A DNA stretch of 64,000 nucleotides from TPA_inf: Saccharomyces (GCA_000146045.2 BK006943.2:192001-256000), one strand, 5' to 3'; counted from the first letter of the stretch, positions 20,000 to 31,327 are shown. The notes: a model not told the origin generated them from the letters alone. Translations and numbers: made by a program.

Positions 20000-22900
20000 C
20001 TAATCTAAATACCTATCAAAAGGTTCCCCTAAAACGTTTTCAACAACCTTGACCAAACCGGTCCTGACTTCACGTTCGATCTCTTCATCATCATCTTCCA
20101 ATAACTCAGCGATGACGGGAACGAGCTGTGGCAATAGAACTAACCAACTTTCACCTATCTTTGAGTATATCAACTTCATGGCTCTAATAGCCCATAATTT
20201 TTCATTGGAGGAACAGGAAGCTTTCATGTGTTCAACGATTAGTTTATTCAAAATTTGGTTATGCTCATCAACGCCACTATTGTTAGAAGCCAGAGCGCCA
20301 ATTGCCTTGACCAGGTACTTCCCAATAGAGTTTTCTATATTAGATAGTTGATTGACCAAGGATACAGAAATTAACTCGAATCTGGAAGTTGATTTCCAGT
20401 ATTCGTCTCTATCAAACTTTAGCGAAGAGGTTAGAGAGTTGATTACCAAACGTCTTAAATTAACGTTTTCCATGTCCTTGCTAATGAATCTTTTTAACAA
20501 CATATCAACAGGTTCTAACAAATACGTGAAATAGGAAGTAATTATACCTCTCAAATTTTCTTGAAGCTTGTTGAAAAATTTGAAAAATGCCAACAGTCTT
20601 TCTGTTTCAGTGATACCTGCATTTGTAACGCCTTCACCGTCAAACGCCCATCTTACTAATATAACAAATAGCGGTCTAAATACTTTGTCATTCATCTTCA
20701 GGACGTAAGAGTTGGAAATTTCGTGAACGGATGCCTCTATCCTACTAATTGTATTATTATCGAAACTGGAAATGGATCTAAATTCGAATAAAGATAATAG
20801 TAACTTAAAAAATATTGGCGATTGTGAGGTTGCGGATTTTTTATCAATATTTTCAACAGTGGATTCTAATGTACTCAAAAATAGACTAACAGCAACTGTA
20901 TCATTGGACGTTGCTATTTCAGTGGACCAAATTCTGAATAAAACTTTCAAAACTTCCTTCAAATCTATATTCTCAATTATCAATGAAATTACTGACAGCC
21001 TAATGCTGCTGTCAACTTCACGGGAAAAATAAATAACATGCAAAACATCCAAAATATTTGACATCAAGAAACTTGGTATCCTTTTGATTAGACCGGCGAA
21101 CAGCAACAGTATAGCAACTTGCAACTGCTCTTTTAATGGGTTACTACTATCTGCCAATGAAGCATCAAATAATTTAATAGAAGGTGGGACTATTTTTGGA
21201 TAGAACGCAATTGACTTGACTCCTAAAACTTGAACACAGTTAGTTATCAATGCCAACGAAGATATCTTGACCTCTGTCATATCAGAACTAACTTTTTCAG
21301 TAGCAAGGGTGAGGGCTTGAGTTAATATGGACCCCTCAAGCTTCTTACCATATTTGCTCACTAAAGCCGTCATCGTGTTCAATATTACTTGAGAAATAAC
21401 AACAGATTTAGATTCCAAAGGCATTCTGTCGAGCAAAACCTTCATCACATTGTTAACTATAGGAATAGCTTCAGAGCCTTCTAACTCGAATTTGGACCCT
21501 ATTACCAACGTTAGGTGGTATCTAATATCTTCATTAGTGGATGTACTGAGTAAGGGTAATACCGCATTAACAAACTCGTCAACTGGTAGAATTTGTAACA
21601 CATTGCCAAGCACCTTGAATAGAATCTCCTTTATTTCAGTCGTGTGATCTGATAATGATGTTTCAGAGTCGGAAGCTTCCTCATTTTCTTGGGAAGTTAT
21701 ACATGAAAAGGTTAATTCTACAGAATTAATGAAAAAAAGAACACCTTCTAAAAGGGTTCCAAATTCTTCCCTGATGTTTCTAATTAACTTTTTATCGCTT
21801 GTTTCATCTAACAAAACAGAATATACCTTTAGTCTTAAATTTCTCCTCACATCGTAATAATCTTGATCTGTTTCCTCGGTTATTTTATTGATAAACTCAA
21901 AGGTATTGTTCATAAATGTCAAAAATTCACTTTCCGAAAAATTCAAGACACCATTTGAAAACAAGACACGGGATTCTAGTGATTTCTTCTTTTCCGAGGA
22001 GCTCTTTGATGATGTCAACAATTTGATGATATCGAGTAAGTCATTCAAACCTGATAATTCCTCATTGACATGTAGATCAACGAGTAGGGCCTTAATAAAC
22101 TCAATTAATATTCTTGCCTCGCCAATTTTAAAGTTGACTAAAGCTGAAGAATACTGTTGTGCAATCAAGAAAAGGAACGAGCCCAGTGCCTTTACTGGAT
22201 CAAGTGTTTTGATTAACGTAGAAAATAATTTAACCCTCCTATGTCTTGGAACATGTTGCAAAGCGGTTGTGAAGCTCAACAAAAGGAACTCCATTTCCTC
22301 TTTTTCATTTCCTTTGCTATTCTTGATCAAGGCAGGGACAACAGTTAGTATCGTACGCTCAACAACTTTAGTTGTGAATTCATCATCTTGACGAATACTA
22401 TGGGCTCCCATAAAAGTAAAGATAGGCATTACAGAATGCAAAATAACTTCCGAACTTAAAGTAGCAAGAGATCCAATTACAAGTAATAGTTTGTTTTGGA
22501 CTTGCGGAGATGCAGAATTTCTAATAGCGGATACCAATATATCTGCCCTTACGTTGGTTAGTTCTGTACAGCCATGTTCCTTCAAGTATGTGATAGTGTT
22601 CAGCGTACAAGAAATCAAAGTTTCTTGCGCATATAAAACCGGTAATCCACCGTCTTGATCCAAAGTTTCCAGATCTGATAATAAGGAAAGTAAAGTGAAC
22701 AAAAGCTTTTCGGATCCAACATTTCTGACTTTATCAAGTGCTTCCAAAATAATCGTCAACTTTCTCAGGTGCAATTCCGCCAGTTGCGAAACCTCCTCTT
22801 TCAAAAATGCGTTTTTACTTGTTGATGAACGTCTTCTTCTTCTTTTAGAAAAGTCTGTCTGATCCATTTCGTTACTGATACTGTTTTGATTTAGTATGGA

Positions 22901-25309
22901 TACAAAAATATCGGAATCTAACGGCAATGATTGTAGTACACCGACTGTATCGTACGATGATTCTACGTTACTCGAAGAATCCACGATATTTTGGACGATT
23001 TTTAGTTTTTGAGCATTATTTAATGAAGCGAATATGCTGATAAGCCTCTCGGCAGCTATGTTAGCTAACTGCTCATAATCTGAGTTAAGAGCACTGAGAA
23101 CAAAATCGATCATGAATGACTGCTTTTCTTTTGGTGATACCAAATTAACTAAAGAGCGCTCAAAATGCTCAAAGTTTGTTTTATTAGCAATACAACTCTT
23201 TTCCCAACTAGATCTGTTTTCTAAGTAGTGGGAAATAAATTCCTCAAATAGGGAGGAATAAGAAGATGCATAAGTCGGACTCTTGTTCAGGTTATCCAAC
23301 AACACTGTCTTGGCATACGGAGAAGGTATTAGTAGGGCTTGATTAGCCCAAAACATCAAAAAGACTTTTTCATTTCTCTTTGGCGTTAAAATTCTGGATA
23401 TGTCATAATTCTCAGTAACGTACTCATTCAAAAATCCTGATAACCATGCCTCACTATCTTTGGGATTTAACATAGGAATGGTAACGTTCTCTCCGTAAAG
23501 TTTATCAGACAAAAAGTAGTGCTTAGTGGATGGTCTTTTAGCAATCAAGGAAAGAATCTTCTTCACGCCAGTCCTAACTTTTATAGAAGCATCTCGCAAA
23601 GCGCAAATCAAGCATGGAACTAAAGTAAAAATATTAACTTCCTTTTCAATACTATTAATATATTTTGCAATATTGTTTAAAGATATTAGCTTTAGCGCGG
23701 TTGGAGCGGCTGGAGATATAGTTACTCTTAACAAAAACGTTATTCTTGATTCTAAAGTAGTGAAAAATGAAGTCAAGAAGGAACTTGCTTTATAGCCTTT
23801 ACCAATAGCTTCAGTGAATAAAGATAAAACCTTTTTGTATCTTTCTCCAGTTTCTGTTAGCATGGACACATTCGTTGTGTTTATCAATTCTGAATGCTTA
23901 TCCAAGAATGTTTGAAATGAAGCGGTATCCTTTTTAGTAGTTTCCACGGGGTCGCTTAACTGCTTTACAATGTCGGTGTTAACATCGGCATTAGTGAACA
24001 AAGATGTAGTAAGCCTGATTTCGAAGAGTTCGCCTGTCAGTCCCAATGATTTCAAACATTTTAACACCAAATCTTCATTTATGGAGATAAAATATTCGAA
24101 TAGTTCTACTAATTGTGACTTGTCCTCTAAAATTTCGGAAAGGTAAATCAAATCAGTGATTATCAACCTAACTTCGTATCTTTCTAGTCTTATTTTTTTT
24201 AGTAGGCTAAGAATAATGTTCAATTTGGACCGATCATACCTTGCTATGGATCTTGTATAGGAAGTAATGAATTTATCACAAACTGGTTTGTCTTCCTTAT
24301 CTAAGAAGGTTAGTATAGACACAGTGTCGAACTTGCTATCAAATAACTTGAAAATTTTGGAAGGTAGCTGATCTACGTTACCTTGTCCTTTTAATGTTTG
24401 GAACAGCTTACAAATCGTGAGGAGTGCTGAATGTTTTGCCTCTTTAGCATCTAAGTTTGAAAGAATGGTTTCCATGGCAGCTAAGATAATTGTTTTCTTT
24501 AAAGGCAAAGCTGTAGCAAATACAACTAATATGGTATGTGCAGCTATTTGACAATCCTTTGATTTAGAGGCTAAAAGTTTAGCAGATATTTCAAGTAAGA
24601 TTGGAACAAGCTGATTCAGTTTTTCATCGTTGTTTGAATTGAAAGCAACAACGTTAATAAAGCAGCATGTTGTAAATAAAAGCTGGTTAGTATACGTTGC
24701 ATTATGCTTAATACATTGATCCAAATAACTGGTATAAAGTTTCAGAAAATCCATGTCATTAAAGAGCTTTATCATGGTTAGCGCCGTTGGGGGCTTTTCA
24801 CTTCTAACAAAATTCGACAAACAATTAAACAAAGGGGGCAACTTAATAATGCTGAGAATTCTCTTAAAGACAGGTGTTTGGTAGTAGTTGAGAGTGGACA
24901 AAAGCAGCATCTCTGTGTTTTTAACATGTATTTGAAAACGACGAACCAACCATTCTGTTGCATGTAGTGTAGGTGCTAAATACCATTTAGAAGAAGCCAA
25001 TAGCAAGTAAGCATTGATAGCATTATCCAAATCTTTAATTTCTTCTTTTGTTTGGACATTTCTATCAAGAGAAATGGAAGACTCTGAAAAGAGTGTTCTT
25101 GAGAAAATGGCAAATTTTGGCTCAATTTGGCTCAATTCTTCAAGAGCCTTACTAGCGTTTTCAAAAATGAAATCGTAATCTTGTGTTGCAGCCGTCTTTG
25201 AGTTATAAATCAAAGAAGCAGAATGAAGTTTTTGTCTTCTCTTTCTATCCAACGCAACAGTAGCATTGTTGGAAGCAACTTGAGCTAATTGGTCACTCAA
25301 CGAAGACAT
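20000..25309 (-). CDS. UTP10: UTP10 (YJL109C), SSU processome / t-UTP HEAT-repeat protein (HEATR1 ortholog)
   Basis: About 1769 aa of alpha-helical HEAT-repeat protein with no obvious enzymatic motifs. Its position between GZF3 and PRM10 and its size match. The track start at 25315 is TTG. The first ATG is at 25309 (MSSLSDQLAQ..). Confidence 0.8.
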   Translation of the reverse strand: MSSLSDQLAQVASNNATVALDRKRRQKLHSASLIYNSKTAATQDYDFIFENASKALEELSQIEPKFAIFSRTLFSESSISLDRNVQTKEEIKDLDNAINAYLLLASSKWYLAPTLHATEWLVRRFQIHVKNTEMLLLSTLNYYQTPVFKRILSIIKLPPLFNCLSNFVRSEKPPTALTMIKLFNDMDFLKLYTSYLDQCIKHNATYTNQLLFTTCCFINVVAFNSNNDEKLNQLVPILLEISAKLLASKSKDCQIAAHTILVVFATALPLKKTIILAAMETILSNLDAKEAKHSALLTICKLFQTLKGQGNVDQLPSKIFKLFDSKFDTVSILTFLDKEDKPVCDKFITSYTRSIARYDRSKLNIILSLLKKIRLERYEVRLIITDLIYLSEILEDKSQLVELFEYFISINEDLVLKCLKSLGLTGELFEIRLTTSLFTNADVNTDIVKQLSDPVETTKKDTASFQTFLDKHSELINTTNVSMLTETGERYKKVLSLFTEAIGKGYKASSFLTSFFTTLESRITFLLRVTISPAAPTALKLISLNNIAKYINSIEKEVNIFTLVPCLICALRDASIKVRTGVKKILSLIAKRPSTKHYFLSDKLYGENVTIPMLNPKDSEAWLSGFLNEYVTENYDISRILTPKRNEKVFLMFWANQALLIPSPYAKTVLLDNLNKSPTYASSYSSLFEEFISHYLENRSSWEKSCIANKTNFEHFERSLVNLVSPKEKQSFMIDFVLSALNSDYEQLANIAAERLISIFASLNNAQKLKIVQNIVDSSSNVESSYDTVGVLQSLPLDSDIFVSILNQNSISNEMDQTDFSKRRRRRSSTSKNAFLKEEVSQLAELHLRKLTIILEALDKVRNVGSEKLLFTLLSLLSDLETLDQDGGLPVLYAQETLISCTLNTITYLKEHGCTELTNVRADILVSAIRNSASPQVQNKLLLVIGSLATLSSEVILHSVMPIFTFMGAHSIRQDDEFTTKVVERTILTVVPALIKNSKGNEKEEMEFLLLSFTTALQHVPRHRRVKLFSTLIKTLDPVKALGSFLFLIAQQYSSALVNFKIGEARILIEFIKALLVDLHVNEELSGLNDLLDIIKLLTSSKSSSEKKKSLESRVLFSNGVLNFSESEFLTFMNNTFEFINKITEETDQDYYDVRRNLRLKVYSVLLDETSDKKLIRNIREEFGTLLEGVLFFINSVELTFSCITSQENEEASDSETSLSDHTTEIKEILFKVLGNVLQILPVDEFVNAVLPLLSTSTNEDIRYHLTLVIGSKFELEGSEAIPIVNNVMKVLLDRMPLESKSVVISQVILNTMTALVSKYGKKLEGSILTQALTLATEKVSSDMTEVKISSLALITNCVQVLGVKSIAFYPKIVPPSIKLFDASLADSSNPLKEQLQVAILLLFAGLIKRIPSFLMSNILDVLHVIYFSREVDSSIRLSVISLIIENIDLKEVLKVLFRIWSTEIATSNDTVAVSLFLSTLESTVENIDKKSATSQSPIFFKLLLSLFEFRSISSFDNNTISRIEASVHEISNSYVLKMNDKVFRPLFVILVRWAFDGEGVTNAGITETERLLAFFKFFNKLQENLRGIITSYFTYLLEPVDMLLKRFISKDMENVNLRRLVINSLTSSLKFDRDEYWKSTSRFELISVSLVNQLSNIENSIGKYLVKAIGALASNNSGVDEHNQILNKLIVEHMKASCSSNEKLWAIRAMKLIYSKIGESWLVLLPQLVPVIAELLEDDDEEIEREVRTGLVKVVENVLGEPFDRYLD

Positions 25310-25704
25310 TTTCAAAGTTATTCGTACTTTGGTGGCCAGTTAGATAAGTCTGATTCTGAAAGGTAATAAAGAAAGTATTTGTTACACCTTCGAAAATATC
25401 TAGCTCATCGCTAACTGAAAATTTTTTTCTTTGCTTAACGCAGAAAGAAAAAAGAAAAAAAAAAAAGTCATGTGACTTGAATATTATTAATCTATGTATG
25501 TTATGATTATTGGCTATGAAACCATAAAATTGAAAAAAAGGATTCATAAGCTGATATGTTATTTGTACTTAATGCTATATTTATAATTTACTTTTGAAAT
25601 TTTTCTTAGTGGGTCAAAGTCTTCTTTGATACTGAAGAATGACCCAATGGCAACACTTGGTCCATTGGTTAACAAGTTTCTAACGAAGTGGACCTTGTGA
25701 GAGC

Positions 25705-26856
25705 TTATAAACTGAAAAGACCAGTTTTCTTTTTACCAAAGGGGTAGACAAAGAGTGAAGAAGCAAATAGTCCCACAGAAATACCGACACAAACTTGAAT
25801 CATTGTCATACCAAATGACATTGAGGACGATGGATCGGAGGTGCTTGTCGTAATGGTTTCATTAGCATTAACAATTGTATTTGCACTTTGCAACCCAGAC
25901 AACAACGAATTTTGTGAAGCAATACCAGATGGCACTTGAACGAAGATTGCGGGAAGCATAGCTGATACCGCTAAACCTTTCCAAATTCTGGAATATAGAT
26001 TACCTAAAACACCTATGACAAATGCAGCTAAGGCGGCAGTAAACTCTGTCGAATTCGCAAAATGCTTACCGGCCCAATATGTTACGACATAACCGGTGCA
26101 AGAAATGAAGACCATAACTGGCAGTTGTGAGATGTGTGCTTGATTTAATAACGAGATACTAATGGTAAACGCTGGAACGAAGAGGAACCTGAACCACGGA
26201 GAAATTAATTGAGGACATGAAATTTCGTTAGTGGCATTGTGATACATCCATCCAAACAAAGCTGAGCCCAATGTTATGCCAAAACCCAAAAACAAAGAAT
26301 AAATAATGGCGTAGAACATACGGACCGCGCCAGCAACTAGGCTTCGACTTTGCAGTTCTAGTGCACCACACAGAATAATATAACCTGGCAGGATTAATGC
26401 CAATGAGCCTTGTGTAACTGCACCAAAGCAGATGTGAGAACGAGGGATAGAGCCAAAAGCTCTACCGCAGAAGCTAACGACAATAGATGCAGAAATTTCG
26501 AAGACGTTTGAATACATGTATGACTTTTGTGAAAGAATAAATTGTAATGACCCCACACAAAGCCCCATAAAAAATGAGATTGCCAGGTTTACCCAATCGC
26601 CACCAAAGGCATACGGAGTGACCATAGCGGAACAAAATGCATATAAAAGAACACACATCCAAGGTGGATATAGATTCGTGTCAGCCAAAATTTGATCGAG
26701 TAAAGCATTACCTTCATCGGCACCTAAGGTATCATGGACAACTCTTTTGTAAACGGCATGAACTTGATGCAGCTTCCAAAGGTTTAGACCTTGAGTACAC
26801 CTAACCAATTGAACTTCGGAAGTTCTTGTTGTTGCATCACCAAATGAAACAATCAT
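25705..26856 (-). CDS. PRM10: PRM10 (YJL108C), pheromone-regulated multi-pass membrane protein (ThrE/DUF1212-DUF3815 family, C-terminal transmembrane half)
   Basis: 383 aa from the ATG at 26856 (MIVSFGDATTRTSE..), with many hydrophobic helices. The track ORF begins at an upstream TTG (26874). Confidence 0.8.
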   Translation of the reverse strand: MIVSFGDATTRTSEVQLVRCTQGLNLWKLHQVHAVYKRVVHDTLGADEGNALLDQILADTNLYPPWMCVLLYAFCSAMVTPYAFGGDWVNLAISFFMGLCVGSLQFILSQKSYMYSNVFEISASIVVSFCGRAFGSIPRSHICFGAVTQGSLALILPGYIILCGALELQSRSLVAGAVRMFYAIIYSLFLGFGITLGSALFGWMYHNATNEISCPQLISPWFRFLFVPAFTISISLLNQAHISQLPVMVFISCTGYVVTYWAGKHFANSTEFTAALAAFVIGVLGNLYSRIWKGLAVSAMLPAIFVQVPSGIASQNSLLSGLQSANTIVNANETITTSTSDPSSSMSFGMTMIQVCVGISVGLFASSLFVYPFGKKKTGLFSL

Positions 26857-28016
26857 ACAACCTGGAAGATACAAAACTGACCATCTATTTCAAGGACTCT
26901 AGAAGTCATAACCATATATTCTTCAAGCCTATGCGTCGGAGCACCATACATCATAAGAGCTCTACACATGCGTAGGATGAACCGGTGTCTTTGTAAAATG
27001 TCTGCAATGTGAACCGTAATTTTCGCTTCAGTTTTTAGTCTTTTCTTCAGTCTAGGCATTCTGCCTTTTTTAGCCTTGCCTTTTAAATTTTGTAATCTGC
27101 TACGCTTGGCAACTGGTACGTCTTTGTTTCCAGCAGTAGAAGAAATACCTTCATCATCTGTTGTTACAGCTTGTGAATCTGAAAAGATTGAGCTTGAATT
27201 TTGATCTTCATTTTGGTAAAGTTTCAATAATGACCCTAGTACTCCACTTTTCACTTGAGATGGAGGGGGTACGTATGTGGAGGTTTCAATAAACCCTTCG
27301 TTATCGTCGGATGAATTGTTTTCTGCATAATCATCAAAATGATCCACTGCAGGAGCCAGAAATGAATTTTTTGAACTTGAGCCTAACGTTTCGCCATCCG
27401 ACGTACAATTTACGTCACCTTCTAATTTGAGAGCCTCCAGTTTTTCTTTATCGTCGCCCTCATGAACGTCTACGATTTTAGACGCATCAGCTAGATCGGA
27501 TAAGGGAATTTCTTCATTACGGTTATTTTTTTCTATATCATTCTTCCCATTTTCATTTTCTGAAGGTATTGGTGCCAAGCCAGGGACCAAACCCCCTTGA
27601 TTTCCAGTCAGGTTATTTATTATCTTCTTGATGAACGTCTCATCGTCTCCATCCTTACCATTGTTCCTTAAATGTGTGAAAGAAACTTTAGGCTTCCTCT
27701 TGTGGCGAGCAGGCCTATCTTCTTCATCTTGTCCATCTGTGCCCTTAGAATTATCGCTGGTTTCTGTAGATCTTGAAGACAAATCATTTTCTAGAGCATC
27801 CGTATCAGCAGTGAATCTTACATTTTTGTTATCATTATTAGAAATACCTAGATCACTGATGCTTTTACCACTTAAATTGCCTTTTTTGCTCTCGGCTGAA
27901 TTGGAAGTGCGATGGTCACTACTATCTTCAAGATTCACTCCCGCTTGACTTTGCTCGGAGCTTCCCACCCGAAAATCTGACACAGGAGTGGTTGGTTTTT
28001 CATTTCTACCGTCCAT
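26853..28016 (-). CDS. YJL107C, hydrophilic Ser/Asp-rich protein whose C-terminus begins the ThrE/DUF1212 domain. It is apparently the N-terminal half of a gene split from PRM10.
   Basis: 387 aa. It ends ..YGAPTHRLEEYMVMTSRVLEIDGQFCIFQVV*. Its TGA stop (26853-26855) overlaps the PRM10 ATG by 2 nt, and the two ORFs are in different frames. Confidence 0.75.
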   Translation of the reverse strand: MDGRNEKPTTPVSDFRVGSSEQSQAGVNLEDSSDHRTSNSAESKKGNLSGKSISDLGISNNDNKNVRFTADTDALENDLSSRSTETSDNSKGTDGQDEEDRPARHKRKPKVSFTHLRNNGKDGDDETFIKKIINNLTGNQGGLVPGLAPIPSENENGKNDIEKNNRNEEIPLSDLADASKIVDVHEGDDKEKLEALKLEGDVNCTSDGETLGSSSKNSFLAPAVDHFDDYAENNSSDDNEGFIETSTYVPPPSQVKSGVLGSLLKLYQNEDQNSSSIFSDSQAVTTDDEGISSTAGNKDVPVAKRSRLQNLKGKAKKGRMPRLKKRLKTEAKITVHIADILQRHRFILRMCRALMMYGAPTHRLEEYMVMTSRVLEIDGQFCIFQVV

Positions 28017-28837
28017 TGTATAGCCTATCGGTTATTCGATCTTTTTTCTTTTGTTATTCTATATCTAAAAGATAAAAGTCGCACACCGCTAAGTAAGTAA
28101 GTAAGTGTTATATAAGATTTATTTAGCTACGTTCTCAGATATAGTAGGCTTAAAACAAACGTAAAACATAGTTATATATTAATATGCAATTCGGTTTATT
28201 TCTTTTTCAAGATTCTTCCGAATTTCGTCATATTGGGTTCGCAATTTTTGGCGATGGCTTTGCTTCGATATTTTTCGGATGAAAATAGTCAAAGGACACT
28301 AGAAACACGAATGGCGCGCTGATTACGGAGACGTCGGGCTAAGACAAAGAGGGTCCATTCGGCGTGCTGGTGGTACTGTGACAGATAAACCCAATGCCCC
28401 ACTTTTCTCGAGGAGTTGAAACAAGCGGGACAACTGCTACGTCATAAAAATGGGAGTACCAAGGGAGGAGCCATAAGCCGGGTAAAATTTGGCGCTGTTT
28501 TTCTTAATCTAAAAATAGTTCAACAATAAAATTTGGGCTCCGCCCATCCAGACCAAAGCAATCTTCGGCCTTAACAAGCCAAAGGGAACGAAACCCAGAC
28601 TCTACCATGCATTTCGAACATGTTGTAGCTAACTACACTGGTAACCCAGATACCTATTCTCTCAGTAGCTGTTTCACCAAGACTCCGCACTCATGGTAAG
28701 TAGAAAAAGAAAACTCTCACAAAAATCTGAGTGGCACAGCTTTTCCAAATACGCTTTTTAAACTTGGAGAAATAAAGATGTATTACCCGCTGGTGCCTTA
28801 AAATATCCTTTTCTCCGGTTGTCCAATAATTTATGTT

Positions 28838-28847
28838 ACGGCGGCTA
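28838..28847 (+). promoter_or_regulatory. URS1 (Ume6-binding site) of the IME2 promoter
   Basis: ACGGCGGCTA matches the URS1 consensus TCGGCGGCTA at 9 of 10 positions. It lies at -552 to -543 relative to the IME2 ATG, where the IME2 URS1 is described. Confidence 0.6.
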
Positions 28848-28932
28848 TTTGAGTTTTTGTGGAAATCTCTATCATTAATAAATGTCAGCCTTGTGTCTTA
28901 AATGCAATTCAACAGGGAAAAGGCGCGAGACT

Positions 28933-28941
28933 TCGGCGGCA
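28933..28941 (+). promoter_or_regulatory. Second URS1-like core (TCGGCGGCA) in the IME2 upstream region
   Basis: The GGCGGC core with a TC prefix, about -457 relative to the ATG. Confidence 0.35.
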
Positions 28942-29389
28942 AAAAGCCACAGACAAGTGCTGGTTGCAAAGAGGTAAAGAAGTAATGTGTGTAATCAAAT
29001 AGATATATTAAGGTAGCAACTCACCGGTCTGTCCATTTTCTTTTCCTGAATAACTTCTTCTGTCTTCACACATTCATTTCATTTTTATTTTCCAATATCA
29101 CTCAACGAGAAAGAAGTTACAAGATCTATCTTTCAAAATAGTTTACAGTTACCTTTACTTTACCCTTTCCCTTTTCAGTTTGTTACCCCTTCTCCTAAAA
29201 GTTTTATTTTTTGGGTAAAGATATAAAGGACACTCCAGTCGGTTAAGGTGGCTGTCTAGAGAATATAAACCTGTATTTATTTACCAGGCTTATCAGAAAA
29301 GTTAATCGTGTTCTTAAATATTCATTGAAAAGGAACGTGATACAGACGTAATAAAAGAAGAGTACTAAGCTTAACTTAATAGGTCATTT

Positions 29390-31327
29390 ATGGTTGAAAA
29401 ACGTAGTAGACAGAGTTCCAGTAGTGGCTCAGAGTTCAGTGTTCCACCTGATGTCGATAACCCGCCACTTTCTATCCCTTTGAAGACTTTATCAGACAGA
29501 TATCAGCTGATCGAAAAACTAGGTGCAGGATCATTTGGTTGTGTAACTTTAGCCAAAGCGCAATTTCCTTTATCGAACATATTGGGTAAACAACATGATA
29601 TAAGGGGTACTTTAATGGATCAGCCTAAAAATGGTCACCAAAACTATATAACAAAGACACAAGGTGTAGTGGCTATAAAGACAATGATGACAAAACTGCA
29701 TACACTCCAGGATTATACGAGGGTCAGAGAAATTAAGTTCATACTGGCAATCCCAGCGAATGACCATCTGATACAAATTTTTGAGGTCTTTATTGACTCT
29801 GAAAATTACCAATTACATATCGTAATGGAATGTATGGAGCAAAACCTATATCAAATGATGAAACATAGAAGGCGCCGAGTTTTTTCGATTCCTTCTTTGA
29901 AATCTATTCTATCGCAGATACTGGCTGGGTTAAAACACATCCACGAACATAATTTCTTCCACAGAGATTTAAAACCTGAAAATATTCTTATCACACCAAG
30001 TACCCAGTATTTTGAAAAGGAGTACATGAACCAGATTGGATATCAAGATAACTATGTCATTAAACTTGCAGATTTTGGTTTGGCACGCCATGTTGAAAAT
30101 AAAAACCCGTATACGGCCTACGTTTCCACAAGATGGTATAGATCGCCTGAAATATTATTAAGAAGTGGTTACTATTCCAAACCTTTGGATATTTGGGCAT
30201 TCGGGTGCGTGGCGGTGGAAGTTACTGTATTCAGAGCTCTCTTCCCCGGTGCTAACGAAATCGATCAGATATGGAAAATTTTAGAAGTTCTTGGTACACC
30301 TATCAAACGTTCTGATTTTGTTAATACAAACCACATCACAGCTCCACCACCTGGTGGATTTTGGGATGATGCCAGTAATTTGGTCCATAAATTAAACTTG
30401 AAATTGCCTTATGTAGAAGGTTCATCGTTGGATCATCTACTTTCTAGCTCCCAACTATCCGATTTATCTGAGGTTGTCAAAAAGTGTTTAAGATGGGATC
30501 CTAATGAAAGGGCAACAGCCCAAGAGCTTTGTGAAATGCCATTTTTTGAAAACACCGTGGCATCCCAAGTAGACGCAAGAGGCAATGTGACTAATACAGA
30601 ACAAGCATTGATTTTTGCAGGTATAAATCCAGTAGCGACCAACACAAAGCCCATATATTTTAACTCTTCAACAAAATTGCCCGCAGAAACAGAGTCTAAT
30701 GATATTGATATCAGCAACAACGATCACGATTCTCATGCTATGTGCTCACCAACATTAAATCAAGAAAAACTAACTTTGGTAGAATTTTTAAACGAATTCG
30801 TTGAAGAAGATAATGATGATCACTCAATACCTGATGTTGGAACAGATTCTACCATTTCAGATTCTATTGATGAGACTGAATTATCAAAAGAAATTCGTAA
30901 TAATTTGGCCCTTTGTCAACTACCAGATGAAGAAGTCTTAGATCATTCATTATCGAATATTAGGCAGTTGACAAATGATATTGAAATTATAAATAAAGAT
31001 GAAGCAGACAACATGGAACAGCTATTTTTTGACCTGGAAATTCCTGAAAAGGATGAGTTTCAGAGAAAACAACCATTTAATGAACATGCAGATATTGATG
31101 AAGACATCGTTCTACCATATGTGAACAACTCAAATTACACACATACAGATAGGTCACATCATAGAGGTGATAATGTTTTGGGTGATGCCTCTTTAGGCGA
31201 TTCGTTTAATTCAATGCCAGATTTTACTCCAAGAAATTTCTTGATACCTACATTAAAAAAATCACGGGAAAAGTTCGAGCCTCATCTATCCAATTCAAAC
31301 CAACATTTTGGAAATGTAACCTTCTAA
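29390..31327 (+). CDS. IME2: IME2 (YJL106W), meiosis-specific Ser/Thr protein kinase (CDK/MAK-like)
   Basis: 645 aa. It has kinase subdomains (GAGSFGCV glycine loop, HRDLKPENIL, DFGLAR, a TAY activation-loop motif and WYRSPE) and a long C-terminal regulatory tail. Confidence 0.9.
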   Translation: MVEKRSRQSSSSGSEFSVPPDVDNPPLSIPLKTLSDRYQLIEKLGAGSFGCVTLAKAQFPLSNILGKQHDIRGTLMDQPKNGHQNYITKTQGVVAIKTMMTKLHTLQDYTRVREIKFILAIPANDHLIQIFEVFIDSENYQLHIVMECMEQNLYQMMKHRRRRVFSIPSLKSILSQILAGLKHIHEHNFFHRDLKPENILITPSTQYFEKEYMNQIGYQDNYVIKLADFGLARHVENKNPYTAYVSTRWYRSPEILLRSGYYSKPLDIWAFGCVAVEVTVFRALFPGANEIDQIWKILEVLGTPIKRSDFVNTNHITAPPPGGFWDDASNLVHKLNLKLPYVEGSSLDHLLSSSQLSDLSEVVKKCLRWDPNERATAQELCEMPFFENTVASQVDARGNVTNTEQALIFAGINPVATNTKPIYFNSSTKLPAETESNDIDISNNDHDSHAMCSPTLNQEKLTLVEFLNEFVEEDNDDHSIPDVGTDSTISDSIDETELSKEIRNNLALCQLPDEEVLDHSLSNIRQLTNDIEIINKDEADNMEQLFFDLEIPEKDEFQRKQPFNEHADIDEDIVLPYVNNSNYTHTDRSHHRGDNVLGDASLGDSFNSMPDFTPRNFLIPTLKKSREKFEPHLSNSNQHFGNVTF

